Assembly (NCBI GenBank): GCA_951406725.2
Contig: OX597815.1
Coordinates: 94,302,001-94,366,000, forward strand
Length of the DNA stretch: 64,000 nucleotides
Reading direction: 5' to 3'
DNA from: Octopus vulgaris
Taxonomy: Eukaryota
Part shown: positions 27,033-39,992 of the stretch, piece after piece
Numbering within the stretch: the stretch's first letter is position 1
How the letters are laid out: every line of letters starts with the position of its first letter
Position numbers and translations under genes: made by a program
The notes under the pieces: model-generated
The model's database searches: none
What the model was told of the DNA's origin: nothing
Seen by the model: the letters and a program-made list of their open reading frames with translations, nothing else

Positions 27033-27394
27033 CAGAGTAGTATTTAGTTTGGCCCTCTGGATTTAAATTTCAATATTTTCTGCTAAACCTCTAATGGCGG
27101 CAGACTAAATTCTAGTGAATGTGAGTAAACAAGGGAGTCTTACTAACTCCCTCAATTTGCAACAAATAGCAGCTTAACCTTTCAAATCCCCCTTTACAAT
27201 CTTAAATAGAAAGAAATCTTAAAGACTCGGGATAGCCACAACTAGAACGCCTTTGATTATAGTTCAGTTAGGTTCGATCAGGGACTAACAACGGCCTGCA
27301 TTAATATCATACAAAGTTTATTTTCCCTAAAACTTGCAGTCAATGTTAAAAATTAAATTATTGTCTGAAATAGAAATATTTGACATCGGTAGTA

Positions 27395-29315
27395 GAGGAA
27401 AATGAAAATTAGATTCCAAGAAAATTCCATTCATGAAATTACTACCCAATAAACTTCACCTATAGAAAATTCCGCCCACACCGTCCCACTTAAGAAAATA
27501 GATACAAAACGTCAACTTTACCCCTATGTTTTTGACTTTTTTCATCTGACTCAGAAAGAATGAAAGATAACTAAGAGCTTGGTGAAACTTGAATCATAAG
27601 GCTGTGCTTCGTAGTCATCAAGAGTTGCAAAACTTTGAGCTAACAGTTTTCGTAGTGCTACTCTGCAGCAGTACTTTTTTTCATCTGAGTGGAATGGGAC
27701 ACTACACACCGCCTAGTGTGGGAATCGAAATAACAATTTTATGATCATGAGCCCAGTAGCAAAATATCTTGGCTATGCTTTCACAAATAGGAACTGAAAG
27801 AGTAAAAATATTTTATAGGTTGGAATACTTAACTTTAACTAGCTTTGAACTTTCAACTCTTATGATTTGCATTAAATATCGACACATATAATAGGATAGA
27901 ACATTCTATTATTCTACTAAAAAATATCAAAAGATGGTATGATAAGCAATTAACACGAAACACTATATTAACTACAGGAAAAACGAGACCCTATTATAAC
28001 ACATATATAGAATGTACGGAGATTTTGGTGTCATTATAAAAAGTAGATAGTTTTTACTCTCATTTAAAGCTTTTAACTGTTTTGTTTGTTTATTCCTACA
28101 TAATGGAATTGACATTCATTCCTTTTGAAAAGGGAAAGACAAAAAATGGTGAAGTTAATTATATTTAAAAAATGCACCAGTATAATATAATAAAAATAAA
28201 GTATTAGGGATATGAACGGTTACTAAGTACGGATTCATTCATCTTGAATTGTAGTGAATCAGAAATTATTTTTCCTTCTGGAAATCACATACATCGACCA
28301 TTAAGTGCAATTGTGGAAGCAAGGAAAGGTGTAAATTCTATGTGCATTGTAATTAAAACGGGAGGAACTACATTTTCACATGATATACTTGCATCTGTTA
28401 AGGTGCAACAAGGAGACGGAACAAAAGCATACCTGAGAAATATATGCAACCTTTTTCGTAGAATACAAAATTAGAGACATAACTTTTTAAGACACTTGCA
28501 TTACCAGCATATCGACTAACTATATTCCTGATTTATTCAAGTTTCTTCAAGTTGGCTTGCTATTCTTGGTATTCGATATGATTCTTGTTATCGATAGCCC
28601 CGAACAAATCCTTATATTTGCGTCGCAGCCTGGCGCGTAATGGAGCATTTAAATATTCAACAAAGTTTCGGAATCAACTCTTTAAAATTCAAATTATTCT
28701 TAAAGAGTCCTTTTATCCGAAACCTTTTTGCAGTTATCCTTTAGATTTCTGTTTAAATATTTATTTTTCAGATAGTATAACGAATGAAAGTGATGCACTT
28801 TCAAAATTTTTCGAAATTCCTCAACTGTTTAATGTTGAACAATTTTGAAGAAGAAAACCATACGATTTTAGCAGAGAAGTGCAGTACCATAATGATTCAA
28901 CAGTCACCTGTAATATAAAATGTTTTAATGCTTTTTGTAGTAGTTTGGCATCATCTTTAACAAGTATGTATGAAAATTTATGGAAACTATTACATAAAAA
29001 GAAACCCTTATTCAGGCCAATTTGTTGCACATTATGCGAGAAGATCCGAGTTATCATGGAAAATATTCGGAAGTGTAAATGCTAAAAATCAAACATCTCA
29101 TGGAGTATTTAGAAGAAATAGTTACATAGTAATTATTCAACAGTGCCACTTATAATCCTCTTTAATTATTCCTCAATGCTTTAAATGTTTCATTTCGATG
29201 TGGTTTTTACAACATAATTTAAATAATGTTTTTTGGTGGCATTTTCATGAGTGGCATTTTCAAGAGTAGAATTTATTGGCTGGAATTTTTATGAGTCTAA
29301 CTTTTGGAAAACCGA
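27395..29315. mobile_element. Possible decayed MULE/Mutator-like DNA transposon
   Basis: Clusters of aaaattcc-like motifs at 27400-27480 mirrored in reverse at 29230-29315. Weak minus-strand coding remnant at 28550-29060. Confidence 0.35.
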
Positions 29316-29399
29316 AAATTATAGATATCACCTATAAATGTGCAAGACACCAATAGTCATCGTCGGATAAAGGCTGAACAAGCTGCAATAAAGCGTAAT

Positions 29400-30350
29400 A
29401 CAGCAGGATGTTGTTGTTTAGCTGAAGATCAATCCTGATTAAGCAGATTTACATTTAAAGGTATTACACATTTAAGTCTACCCTTTTCATTCGTTGTATC
29501 TAGGACTGCATTATATAAATATTCCTTCTGTGACATTTTAAAGATGTTAGGGTGAGATTTTAGGAAAGTTTTGCTGCCATATCTAGTAGGTCGACGAAAA
29601 CTTTGACATCTAAGAGTATATATTATTACTATGAACTACCAAGGACGGTGAATTGGCAAAATAATTCTAAGTATATAACTGATACTCATTTTACCAATTC
29701 TACTGAAGAAACAATAGCTTAGTTGCTTCAGTAATATCTGTATTAACTAAATATTAAATACTAAATGAACCAGGCAGGAATCGTCTCTGTGGTAGCTCGA
29801 TCTGCTAAATTTCGCAGTCAGATCTTCTTCATACACCACTCTACCGTTTTAGAAAAGAATTCATTAGATACTGTAGTATCAGGATAGACATGGCTGGAAT
29901 GCCCTTGTACATAGGTCAGTTCGAATAGGTTAAACAACAACAAAAACTCTTTTGACCTGTTAGAAATTACTTTCTAACATATTATACAAAGAAATGCATT
30001 TATGAGATAAATATAGCATTAAATAAATCATCTGTGGAAATAATGAAGACGTGATGGTCACAGCTGGGATGCCTTTAATAGGGCTTCTTGATCAGATTTA
30101 ACCGGTAGCTAGAAAACTAAACTGCATTAGAGGTAATAAGGAAGCCTCTATATAAACGCGCGACCTGCTAGAAACAAGAATTAAACCTCCCTCAAATCAC
30201 ATACTCTGGTCTTACAAAGAAGGAAACGACATATTAAATAATACAATCCTAGATATCCCTCAACATAATGGCATAGTTACTGCTGGAATGCATTTGATCA
30301 TTATTCTGTTCGAGTCTTCGAGCTGACGTACGAGGACTAAACAACAAACA
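29400..30350. mobile_element. Cluster of four old family C SINE-like copies
   Basis: One minus copy (29400-29595) and three plus copies (about 29780, 29950 and 30150). Confidence 0.6.
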
Positions 30351-30980
30351 GCTACTAAAGTTTATTTATCCTATGACCCCACCAACAATATCATAGTTTT
30401 ATGTACTGTTACATATTTTACGACTGGAAAGTAGATAATTTATTGAAAATATTCAGATTCGTTTTCATTTTTTTACCTTCAAAAGGTCAAAATTCAATAG
30501 GAAACATCTCTTCATAGTTGGAGGCGATTTACTGAAACAGAATATTAAAAAGATGTGGCATCATCATAAAAAACGATTGTAGAATACATTTCCACACACA
30601 ATTAAAACAACAATAACAGCAACAACAACAAAATTTATCCTACAACTGTTTGATGTTTAATCTTCTGTGTTTAGTGAGATGGCCATAAAACATAAACATT
30701 TAAAGTATTTGTAATTTGTTATAGCTTCCGGTGAATAAATTTGTTGCATAATAATATTGATTCCTGTAGTTAGCGATTTGAAAGAAAGGAAAAAAAAAAA
30801 GAAAAGGAAAAGGAAAAAAGAAAAAAAAAACGCCCTGAAAGCTGCCGGGAGCAATATTTGTGTTGTATGTTGAATTCATTCCGAATGAAGTCATTGCATT
30901 TCAGAACCGCGGTTGATATGTTTTGCAAACGCATGATCTTTAAAAATACGTCATTTTTTTCCCCCAAAAAGGATATGCTT

Positions 30981-31070
<90 letters not shown>

Positions 31071-31208
31071 ATATGTATATACACTGATTTGTTCTGCTTT
31101 TTATATTTAACCCTACAGTCTCTTATGTGGTGGTTTAATAAAGTATGTGATTGAGTATTATCTGGTAATTGATATTTGATTTAGATGTATTTCTCCATTT
31201 TCTTATCT

Positions 31209-31278
<70 letters not shown>

Positions 31279-31332
31279 TACATACACACACACACATATC
31301 CATGCATCCATCCATCCATCGATGTATATATT

Positions 31333-31364
<32 letters not shown>

Positions 31365-32694
31365 TATATTTAGTTGCCATATTTCCCCAAATCTGTAGTT
31401 TCTGAAGGACTTATGGTATTAACTTCCCATTCTGGTTTCTAATATCCGGTTATTCAATACCCAGTGCGAAATCGATTGGTAAGATCTGCTGAAAGGAATC
31501 TACAATACTGTATACTTTGATTAATATGTGTGTGTGTGCGCACGCGCGTTTGTGTTTTGTGTGTGTCTGTTTTTGTGCGTGTTTTTGTGTGTTTATATTT
31601 GTGTGTGTTTCTGTATATATGTATATACATAAGACATATACCACGCGGGAAACACCAATTATATTTAGTCCTTTTGATTATCTATTTCCGTGAGCATTTA
31701 GAGATGTGTGTTAGTTAATTACTGGCAATATATTTCTGGCACAAAGCATATGACATTATATATTACTTGCACGGAATTCATATGGGCTATGGAGAAAAAA
31801 ACAAAAAAAAAAAACAAGTGTCAACTACTGTAGAATTTGAAATCATAACCTGCAGGTATGATTATTTAATATTCCTATATTTAATTTTACGCTAAAAGAC
31901 TCTTTCTAATTTTCATACTACTTCATAAATATCTGTAGACGACTGGGTCAGTCTAATCAAACGGTAATATAACTGGTACTTATTATTTCGATTCGCTAAC
32001 TATATGTTACCATCTATATGTCCAAATCGATTTATTGGTCAGAGTATTTATAACAATTATTTATGGCTACACAAGCAGTTTTATCTAAACGATTTTGTAG
32101 CCATCTTTGTTTATATGTCCAGTAGCAGTCGTAACAATTTAGCAGGCTTAACTAAACAATTTTGTAATTGAAATAAAATTAGGATTCCAGTCTTCCAGTC
32201 TCTCAGACTTTCAGCACGAATAAATAATTTCAAAGTATTAATGGAGTCAGTTTATTGTAACCGTAACAAAACGTTTCTCTCTCTGTCTCCCTATCTCTCC
32301 GTTCTCCCCCCTCTCTCTCAAGCTGTACATTATTAAGTTAAATCGTCTCTCAACCTTACACATCAACCTTTTAATTCAGTTATATCTACACATATTATCT
32401 TCCATAATATCATAGTGTATTCATTATATCCATTCAATATTTTTTGTATGACTTGTTTAGTTATTATTCCGTGAAAAACGAGCAATAATAATGATTCTTT
32501 TATTATTGGCCACAAGGGTCTAACATACAATAAAACCGTGTTATACAAAAAGGGTTTACAAAAGGGGATGTACACATGTATGTGAGTACATATAGGTACA
32601 TATGTATATGAGTGTGCGTACGTGTATGTGTGTATATATATATGTATATGTGTGTATATATATATGTATGTATGTATATATATATGTATGTATG

Positions 32695-32741
<47 letters not shown>

Positions 32742-32865
32742 CAACAATTGAGGAATGGCCTTAATAGGCCATTCGACCCACTAGAAAGAGCAGCCAGGAC
32801 TCAAACCGCCAAGTAGTGGTAATTCAGAAATTAAAGGAAAATTTAAAAACATTTACCCTAATTCA

Positions 32866-32964
32866 TCTTTAGACAATGTATTGTTTCGGTGTTTTTAATG
32901 GCAAACCAGCTTAATTAAATTAAATTAAGTCAATTAACCAAAGGCTACACCTCATCGGTAAAGA
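32866..32964 (-). ncRNA. Type I hammerhead motif, copy 1
   Basis: Reverse complement of the 33601-33699 motif with one substitution in the helix III palindrome. Confidence 0.75.
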
Positions 32965-33600
32965 GGCCAGGAGAGACGGATATACACGAGGCATCTGTAT
33001 CTATGCCCTAGGAATATCTGCCCTAAAATTTTCAAAACCATCGTACTCGCGCCAACTTATCAGCAGTAAATATAAACTGCTGATTCAATTTCAGAATTAG
33101 TCAGAAAATCATCAATTAATCAATATAGGGTAGCAAAAAATTCAATAGAAATTTATCGCCACCAGCGGTCTAGTGAGAAAGAGAAAATAGTCAAAGACTA
33201 TATATATAAATTCAACAACAATTGAGGAATGGCCTTAATAGGCCATTCGACCCACTAGAAAGAGCAGCCAGGACTCAAACCGCCAAGTAGTAGTAATTCA
33301 GAAATTAAAGGAAAATTTAAAAATTTAAAAATTTAAAAAATTTAAAATTAGGGTAAATGTTTTTAAATTTTCCTTTAAATTTTCCTTCTCACTAGACCGC
33401 TGGTGGCGATAAATTTCTATTGAATTTTTTGCTACCCTATATTGATTAATTGATGATTTTCTGACTAATTCTGAAATTAAATCAGCAGTTTATATTTACT
33501 GCTGATAAGTTGGCGCGAGTACGATGGTTTTGAAAATTTTAGGGCAGATATTCCTAGGGCATAGATACAGATGCCTCGTGTATATCCGTCTCTCCTGGCC

Positions 33601-33699
33601 TCTTTACCGATGAGGTGTAGCCTTTGGTTAATTGACTTAATTTAATTTAATTAAGCTGGTTTGCCATTAAAAACACCGAAACAATGCATTGTCTAAAGA
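33601..33699 (+). ncRNA. Type I hammerhead motif, copy 2 (U4C variant, long helix II)
   Basis: tcttta-CCGATGA-ggtgt...acacc-GAAA-caatgcattg-TC-taaaga. Confidence 0.8.
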
Positions 33700-34074
33700 T
33701 GAATTGGGGTAAATGTTTTTAAATTTTCCTTTAATTTCTGAATTACTACTACTTGGCGGTTTGAGTCCTGGCTGCTCTTTCTAGTGGGTCGAATGGCCTA
33801 TTAAGGCCATTCCTCAATTGTTGTTGAATTTATATATATAGTCTTTGACTATTTTCTCTTTCTCACTAGACCGCTGGTGGCGATAAATTTCTATTGAATT
33901 TTTTGCTACCCTATATTGATTAATTGATGATTTTCTGACTAATTCTGAAATTGAATCAGCAGTTTATATTTACTGCTGATAAGTTGGCGCGAGTACGATG
34001 GTTTTGAAAATTTTAGGGCAGATATTCCTAGGGCATAGATACAGATGCCTCGTGTATATCCGTCTCTCCTGGCC

Positions 34075-34173
34075 TCTTTACCGATGAGGTGTAGCCTTTG
34101 GTTAATTGACTTAATTTAATTTAATTAAGCTGGTTTGCCATTAAAAACACCGAAACAATGCATTGTCTAAAGA
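34075..34173 (+). ncRNA. Type I hammerhead motif, copy 3
   Basis: Identical to 33601-33699, 474 bp downstream. Confidence 0.8.
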
Positions 34174-34394
34174 TGAATTGGGGTAAATGTTTTTAAATTT
34201 TCCTTTAATTTCTGAATTACTACTACTTGGCGGTTTGAGTCCTGGCTGCTCTTTCTAGTGGGTCGAATGGCCTATTAAGGCCATTCCTCAATTGTTGTTG
34301 AATTTATATATATAGTCTTTGACTATTTTCTCTTTCTCACTAGACCGCTGGTGGCGATAAATTTCTATTGAATTTTTTTGCTACCCTATATTGA

Positions 34395-34444
<50 letters not shown>

Positions 34445-34575
34445 CACACACACGCCTATATATATATATAAGGCAAGGTATAAATAATGGTTAATGCACA
34501 TTTCTTTGTTGTAGTAAATTCGACTAGCGGCTGTTTCCGATTTTCCTTATAGGTTTGTTTATAGATCAATTTACT

Positions 34576-34620
<45 letters not shown>

Positions 34621-34623
<3 letters not shown>

Positions 34624-34850
34624 GGTCTCAAGATGAACCGCATGAAAACGAAGTTCATGCAGTCAGACAACGTACCAACAGGTCGAATGGTGATCGGCAG
34701 TGATGAAATAGAGGAGGTAAAGGAATATGTCTACCTGGGACAGGAAGTGAATATATGCCAAGATATCGAAAAGGAGATCTCACGGAGAGTAAGGGCCGGA
34801 TGGAAGGCGTTTAATGGCATAAGGGATTTGCTCAAGGGCAGGTTGAACAG
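34621..34850 (+). pseudogene. RTE-clade LINE RT C-terminal fragment
   Basis: GLKMNRMKTKFM...IEEVKEYVYLG...EISRRVRAGWKAF. Confidence 0.8.
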
Positions 34851-35560
34851 GACCCACCTCAAGACTAGTAGCAAATTCCAACCGTTTCAAGAGAGAGGGC
34901 TTACCCGGAAAACAAGAATAAAGAGTAGTGTCATCAGCATAAACATTAATGAGTTGAAGAACATTGACAGAAAGATCGTTTATGTAGATGAGAAACAGAG
35001 TTGGATCAAGAACAGTGCCTTGAGGAACACCGAGGTTGATAGAATACTCAGGTGTAACACCGTTCAGAGTCACATGTACACAACGACAAGAAAGGATTGA
35101 CCTGATAACGTCAAAGACCTTTCTTCATACTCATTAGGTAGAGAGCTTATGGAGCAAAGCAGCATGCCAAACCCGATCAAATGGTTTGATATATCAAGAG
35201 CTATAGCACGATCCTCTTCAGATTAATCCATAAATCGGGTCATGCGGTCTGTAATAACAGTCAGATCAGCAGCAGAACGAGAGCCACGAAAGCCATACTC
35301 AACATCAATAAGGAGTTCCAAGCTTTCAAGAAACTCAACCAGCCTGTTGCTGATGAGTCGTTCAAAGGCCTTGCTAACAATCGAGAGGAGACTAACAGAA
35401 CGATATATGCTTGGATCAGAAGGCCCACCATCATTCGCGAAAAGTGAGACAACATTAGATACCTTTCAGCAAGATTGAAACAAGACTTAGCAAGACAAAA
35501 ATTAGATGACTTAGAGAACAAAGACTACATCTCAGGAGTTGATTATTTCTAGACTGTCAC
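34850..35560 (-). pseudogene. CR1/L2/Jockey-group LINE RT fragment
   Basis: GVPQGTVLDPTLFLIYINDL, YADDTTLY, ALDISNHLIG/FDRVWH, YGFRGSRSAAD. Confidence 0.85.
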
Positions 35561-35579
35561 AGGAATGGTAAGGAGGGTT

Positions 35580-36300
35580 AGTAATAGAGAAGGAGTTGAA
35601 TATTTTTGTGTGTTGTTGCTGTTGCTTTCTCGGTGTTGCCGTTATAGTTTCGGTTGTAATTGCTACTGCTGTTCTCGTTCCTATTCGTGCTACTGCTGTA
35701 CGTTACTTCTGGTCTTGGTACTGTGGTGTCGGTAGTAGTGTGTGTGGGGTCTCCTTTTGCCCATTGTTTTGAGAGAAGAAAACTTGGAAGAAGCTTCCTG
35801 CACCGCATAAGTCGGATCTTGGCTTTTGGCCCTCAATCGCAACTTGCACTCCACTCCGTTTCGTAAGGGTATTAGATCTGGGATTTTCTTCACCTCTCCA
35901 GGTTTGATCTGGAGAAGGATCTCTACTATGGCTCCAGACTAAAACTTCTCCGTTCGCTTTACTTCGAGTAAAGTTTCACTGTCGTCGAGTGCTACACGCT
36001 AGCAACCACCTGATATCCAGATCAAGTGGCAGTCTATCTTAACGCAACAGATACTTCTCGCTAAATAAGTTGGGTAGAGGGTAAAATACCTGTCATACAC
36101 GAAAGCTATGGAGTGCTTCAACATGAGTACTTCGCTTGTGAAAAGGACCGCCACGCTCTCGAGCTGTCTTGCCCTCTATATATTTCTTTCATAGCTCTTT
36201 CCACCTGGGCTTGTGTCACTGATTCCAAGCGTTTGGTTTTAGCTGACACGCAGCGATAAGAAACCGTCTTTCTAGTAGTTGCTGCTAATTTCTCATCTTG
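35580..36300 (-). pseudogene. Decayed gag/ORF1-like remnant
   Basis: KKIPDLIPLRNG followed by a degenerate zinc-knuckle-like YLCGAGSF and an (AAC)-rich tract. Parallels 19450-20375. Confidence 0.35.
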
Positions 36301-36470
36301 CAAATTGTTTAGCCTCTGTGAGTCTTGTCTCTTTATTGCTTAATGAGAACTTAAAAATGTCGATGATTTTGCTGCCGTCCCAACAAAAAATTGTCTGTCT
36401 ATGAAGCTGCCCGCTCGATTTTCTCTGTCTTCGTTATTCATGTTCTTGTTATTCTTGCTGCTGTTGTCAT

Positions 36471-37203
36471 TATTACCCTGCGCGAATAAGCAAAAGCAGG
36501 CTATTGTAATCACTCGTCCTTGTCTGTGTGTTTGCAAAATTACTGGAAAACAGCTGGACGGATTTTCACCAAATTTGGTAGAAATACTCATTGGATGAGT
36601 GGCTCGAAATAATGAAAATTTGGTTTGATTATCTGCAAACATACATAAATACATACACAGATATGCGACTGTGTGTATATGTATATGTGTGTGTACGTGT
36701 ATGTGTGTGTGTATATGTGCGTGCGCGCGCGTGTATTTGTGTGTGTGTATGTGTGTGTACAGTGATGGATCCGAAGGGTTTCGTTTATTTACGAGTTGAT
36801 TTTTTAAAATTTCCCCGGAGTATAAATACCTATAATGGCGACACTTAAATAAGGGAAAAATAAATAATCGAACTTAGAAATTTCCCGATAAGCAAGTGGT
36901 CATATTATTTATATTCTACAACGAACTTCAGTACTTTTGATTCTCCTGCTATCATTCAAAGTCGTTCAAAGCACTTCTCAAATTCTATACAATATTCTCT
37001 ATAAGTATTTCATTTTGTTCACTTTCTTTTTCATATGAATCGACCATCGTCTGCGTGTTTATAGATCATAGTGTACCTATGTGCGTAGTAACGTGTGGGT
37101 ACATACATACATACATACATACATACATACATACATACATACATACATACATACATACTTACATACATACATACATACATATATGCATACATATATACAT
37201 AAA

Positions 37204-37237
<34 letters not shown>

Positions 37238-37548
37238 CATACATACATACATACATACATAAATACATACATAGATATGCGACTCTGTGTGTGTGTATAT
37301 ATACAGTGATGAATTCGAGGGTTTCGTTTATTTACGAGTTGATTTCTTAATTTCACTGGAGTATAAATACCTATAATGGTGATACTTATAAAAAAATTGA
37401 ACTTACAAATTTCCCGATAAGCAACTTTAAACAAACACTTACTAGGCTTAATTCAGGTAAGCAACGCATTGTAAGCCACAATATAATTTGCGAAAAAATT
37501 TATCTGCGCGCAGGGTATGCATCGCCCCTCCGATGCCGTTTTTCCTTG
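36471..37548 (+). mobile_element. DINE-1/HINE-type non-autonomous Helentron element
   Basis: Subterminal inverted repeats taccctgcgcg / cgcgcagggta, 3' hairpin gcatcg-cccctc-cgatgc followed by a T-run, internal microsatellites and a duplicated ~170-bp block. Confidence 0.75.
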
Positions 37549-37974
37549 TTACTGTTGTTGCCACCGCAACTTTCATTGCTGCTGCTGCTGTTGTTGTCGT
37601 TGTTGTTGTTGTTAAGCAACAAGACGGGTAAGGGTGATTAGGTTATGGTCTAGGGCTTAGGGGCGGGAGACCCCAGACCTTGGGAAAATAAAATTAGTCG
37701 AGGGTTCTTCGTTGACGCCCGACACCACTGGGAGGTGGCCCTCGAAGTCGCTGGAAACGGAGCTCTCCAGGTCCAAATTCTTGAACGGCTGCTGCTGTTG
37801 CTGTTGTTATCACTGTTTTTCTTGTTGCTGCTGTTGGTGCTGCTGCTGTTGAGCGAACGGTCTTCGTTCCAGAGCTCGCAAGATGGGAGAAGTCCGAAAC
37901 GTGGTCCTTTGCTATTCGTAAGATCCGCAGAAGAGAAAGCAGGTCAACCCCCAACACCGATGGATGAATGCGCA

Positions 37975-38203
37975 TCCAGGCTCAGCGGTTGCGTAGGAAG
38001 TCAGGGACAAGAAACAGGAAGAAAGAGTGAGAGAAAGTTGGCGCGAAAGAGTACAACAGGGGTCACCCCACCCCTGCCAGAGCATCGTGGAGCTTTTAGG
38101 TGTTTTCGCTCAATAAACACACACAACGCCCTGTCTGGGAATCGAAACCGCAATCCTCCGACCGCGAGTCCGCTGCCCTAACCATTGGGCCATTGCACCT
38201 CCA
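37975..38203 (-). mobile_element. tRNA-derived SINE family D, 5' part
   Basis: Reverse complement of the 55190 head (ggaggtgcaatggcccaatggttagggcagcggactcgcggtc). Confidence 0.85.
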
Positions 38204-38670
38204 CTGCTGGTGCTGCTACTGTTGTTGGTATTGTTGCTGCTGCTAATTTCGTTTTCCGGCATGTTAGTTGGACTTTGAACTGTAATCATAGCAGTTTGCT
38301 CCTCCTCTTCGCAAGCATTGCTGTTGCTTGTGTTGCTTTCGTTAATGTTATTGTTGTTGTTGTTGATGATGATGCTGGTGTTGTTCAGCCTCCGCTCTCT
38401 GACAAGCTGCTAGCGGTGTGAAAACCTCATGCTACATCCTCATTCAAACAGCTTGTAGGCGTTAACGCCACCATGATTTCGAAACCAGAAAAAAACAGAA
38501 TATTAAAGCAATCATGATCTAAGGAGTACAGTTTAGAGGTCTCACTCTTCCCTATTGAATTAGGGGGGAGGTGGAGTCTTATTTAAAATTCTAACAAAAA
38601 TTAACGGGAATATTTCCAACAAAATTCAACAAACATTTGAGAGCCGACGCAAACACGTGTAAACAAGCCG

Positions 38671-38730
<60 letters not shown>

Positions 38731-39141
38731 GCTGCAATTATAATTTCTAGGGTTTCTGAAAAAACAGATTTTACAAGTGTGTTTTCAGAAATAGTTTAAC
38801 ACAATCTGTCAATAATATGGCTGAGAGTAAAATATCACAGTGATGTATATTGCATTATAAATAGGAACCCGCTAGCATATCAGTTATGTAATATGATGAG
38901 AAGAGAAGAAAAACATTCATTTAAGATTTTCAAAGTAATCAATAGACAAGTACTTCCTTTATGAGTGTTGAAGATGTAAAAGCAAAAGAGAAAGATAACT
39001 ACAAGAAAGGCGGTTCATGAAGATTCTTTGACTATATAGACATTTCAGATGAAAGTGTATGTGTAAAAGAAACAGATACTTTCGGTGTTATTATTTCTCC
39101 TCTGCAAGATATATTTTAGTCAGCTTGGCAAGATTGAGGTA

Positions 39142-39217
<76 letters not shown>

Positions 39218-39585
39218 CCACCACCATCACCACTAGCAACAATAATTAAGGTGCTGACAATGATGATGATGACAATTGAAATAATAAAAATATAAAAATC
39301 TCTGACAAAGGCTATTTACAACATTTCTAAAAATAGCCCAACAATTGCTGCTTCGGCCAGGGTTAAGATACAGGACTCTTGACATGTTCAACAAAGCGTG
39401 ACGCCTAAACCAATCAGCTCAACCAACCAATCAGCTTAAGTAATTGAGTGATACTACACACTGATTGGTCAGAATACAGTTTGCAAAACCTAGCATCTGG
39501 AGCCTACACAGCTGTATTTAAAGCACAGATTCAATCATCTCGCTACAGTCAAAAATTGTGAAGCATGACTGTCACCACTACTACA

Positions 39586-39630
39586 TGAACCTGAAGATTG
39601 TAGAATTTAATGCATGAAAGTACTAGTTCA
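39586..39630 (+). ncRNA. Minimal type I hammerhead in a pLTR-like segment (about 39300-39740)
   Basis: tgaac-CTGAAGA-t-tgta/tgca-t-GAAA-gtac-TA-gttca. Upstream ccaatcag repeats and tatttaaa. Confidence 0.78.
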
Positions 39631-39932
39631 ATCAGAATGAACATTTAACATTCTATTATTTTATTTTATTTTATTATATTATATTATATTATCTTATATC
39701 ATTATAAGATTGTAAATAAAACGTGAAAATCAGACAAGGTTGGAATTCCTTTTATTAATATATTCTTCTATACACAATCACACACACCCGTATATATATC
39801 TATATATATATATATATATATATGTATATGCATATATGTATTTATTTATGTATGTATATATATATATATATGTATGGATTCAATTATGCATATATAAATA
39901 TACATACATACATACATACATGCATGCACACA

Positions 39933-39992
<60 letters not shown>

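Larger units (their letters stand above)
32741..34399. mobile_element. Non-coding tandem/inverted element built from a 474-bp monomer carrying a hammerhead (retrozyme-like or non-autonomous PLE)
   Basis: About 1.2 monomers (32741-33320), then about 2.1 monomers inverted (33386-34399). Near-identical copies, flanked by (TA)n. Confidence 0.9.

Noticed and set aside
32741-34399. CRISPR array or DNA-transposon TIRs
   Set aside because: No repeat-spacer pattern. Arms are permuted tandem monomers without TSD or transposase-type ends
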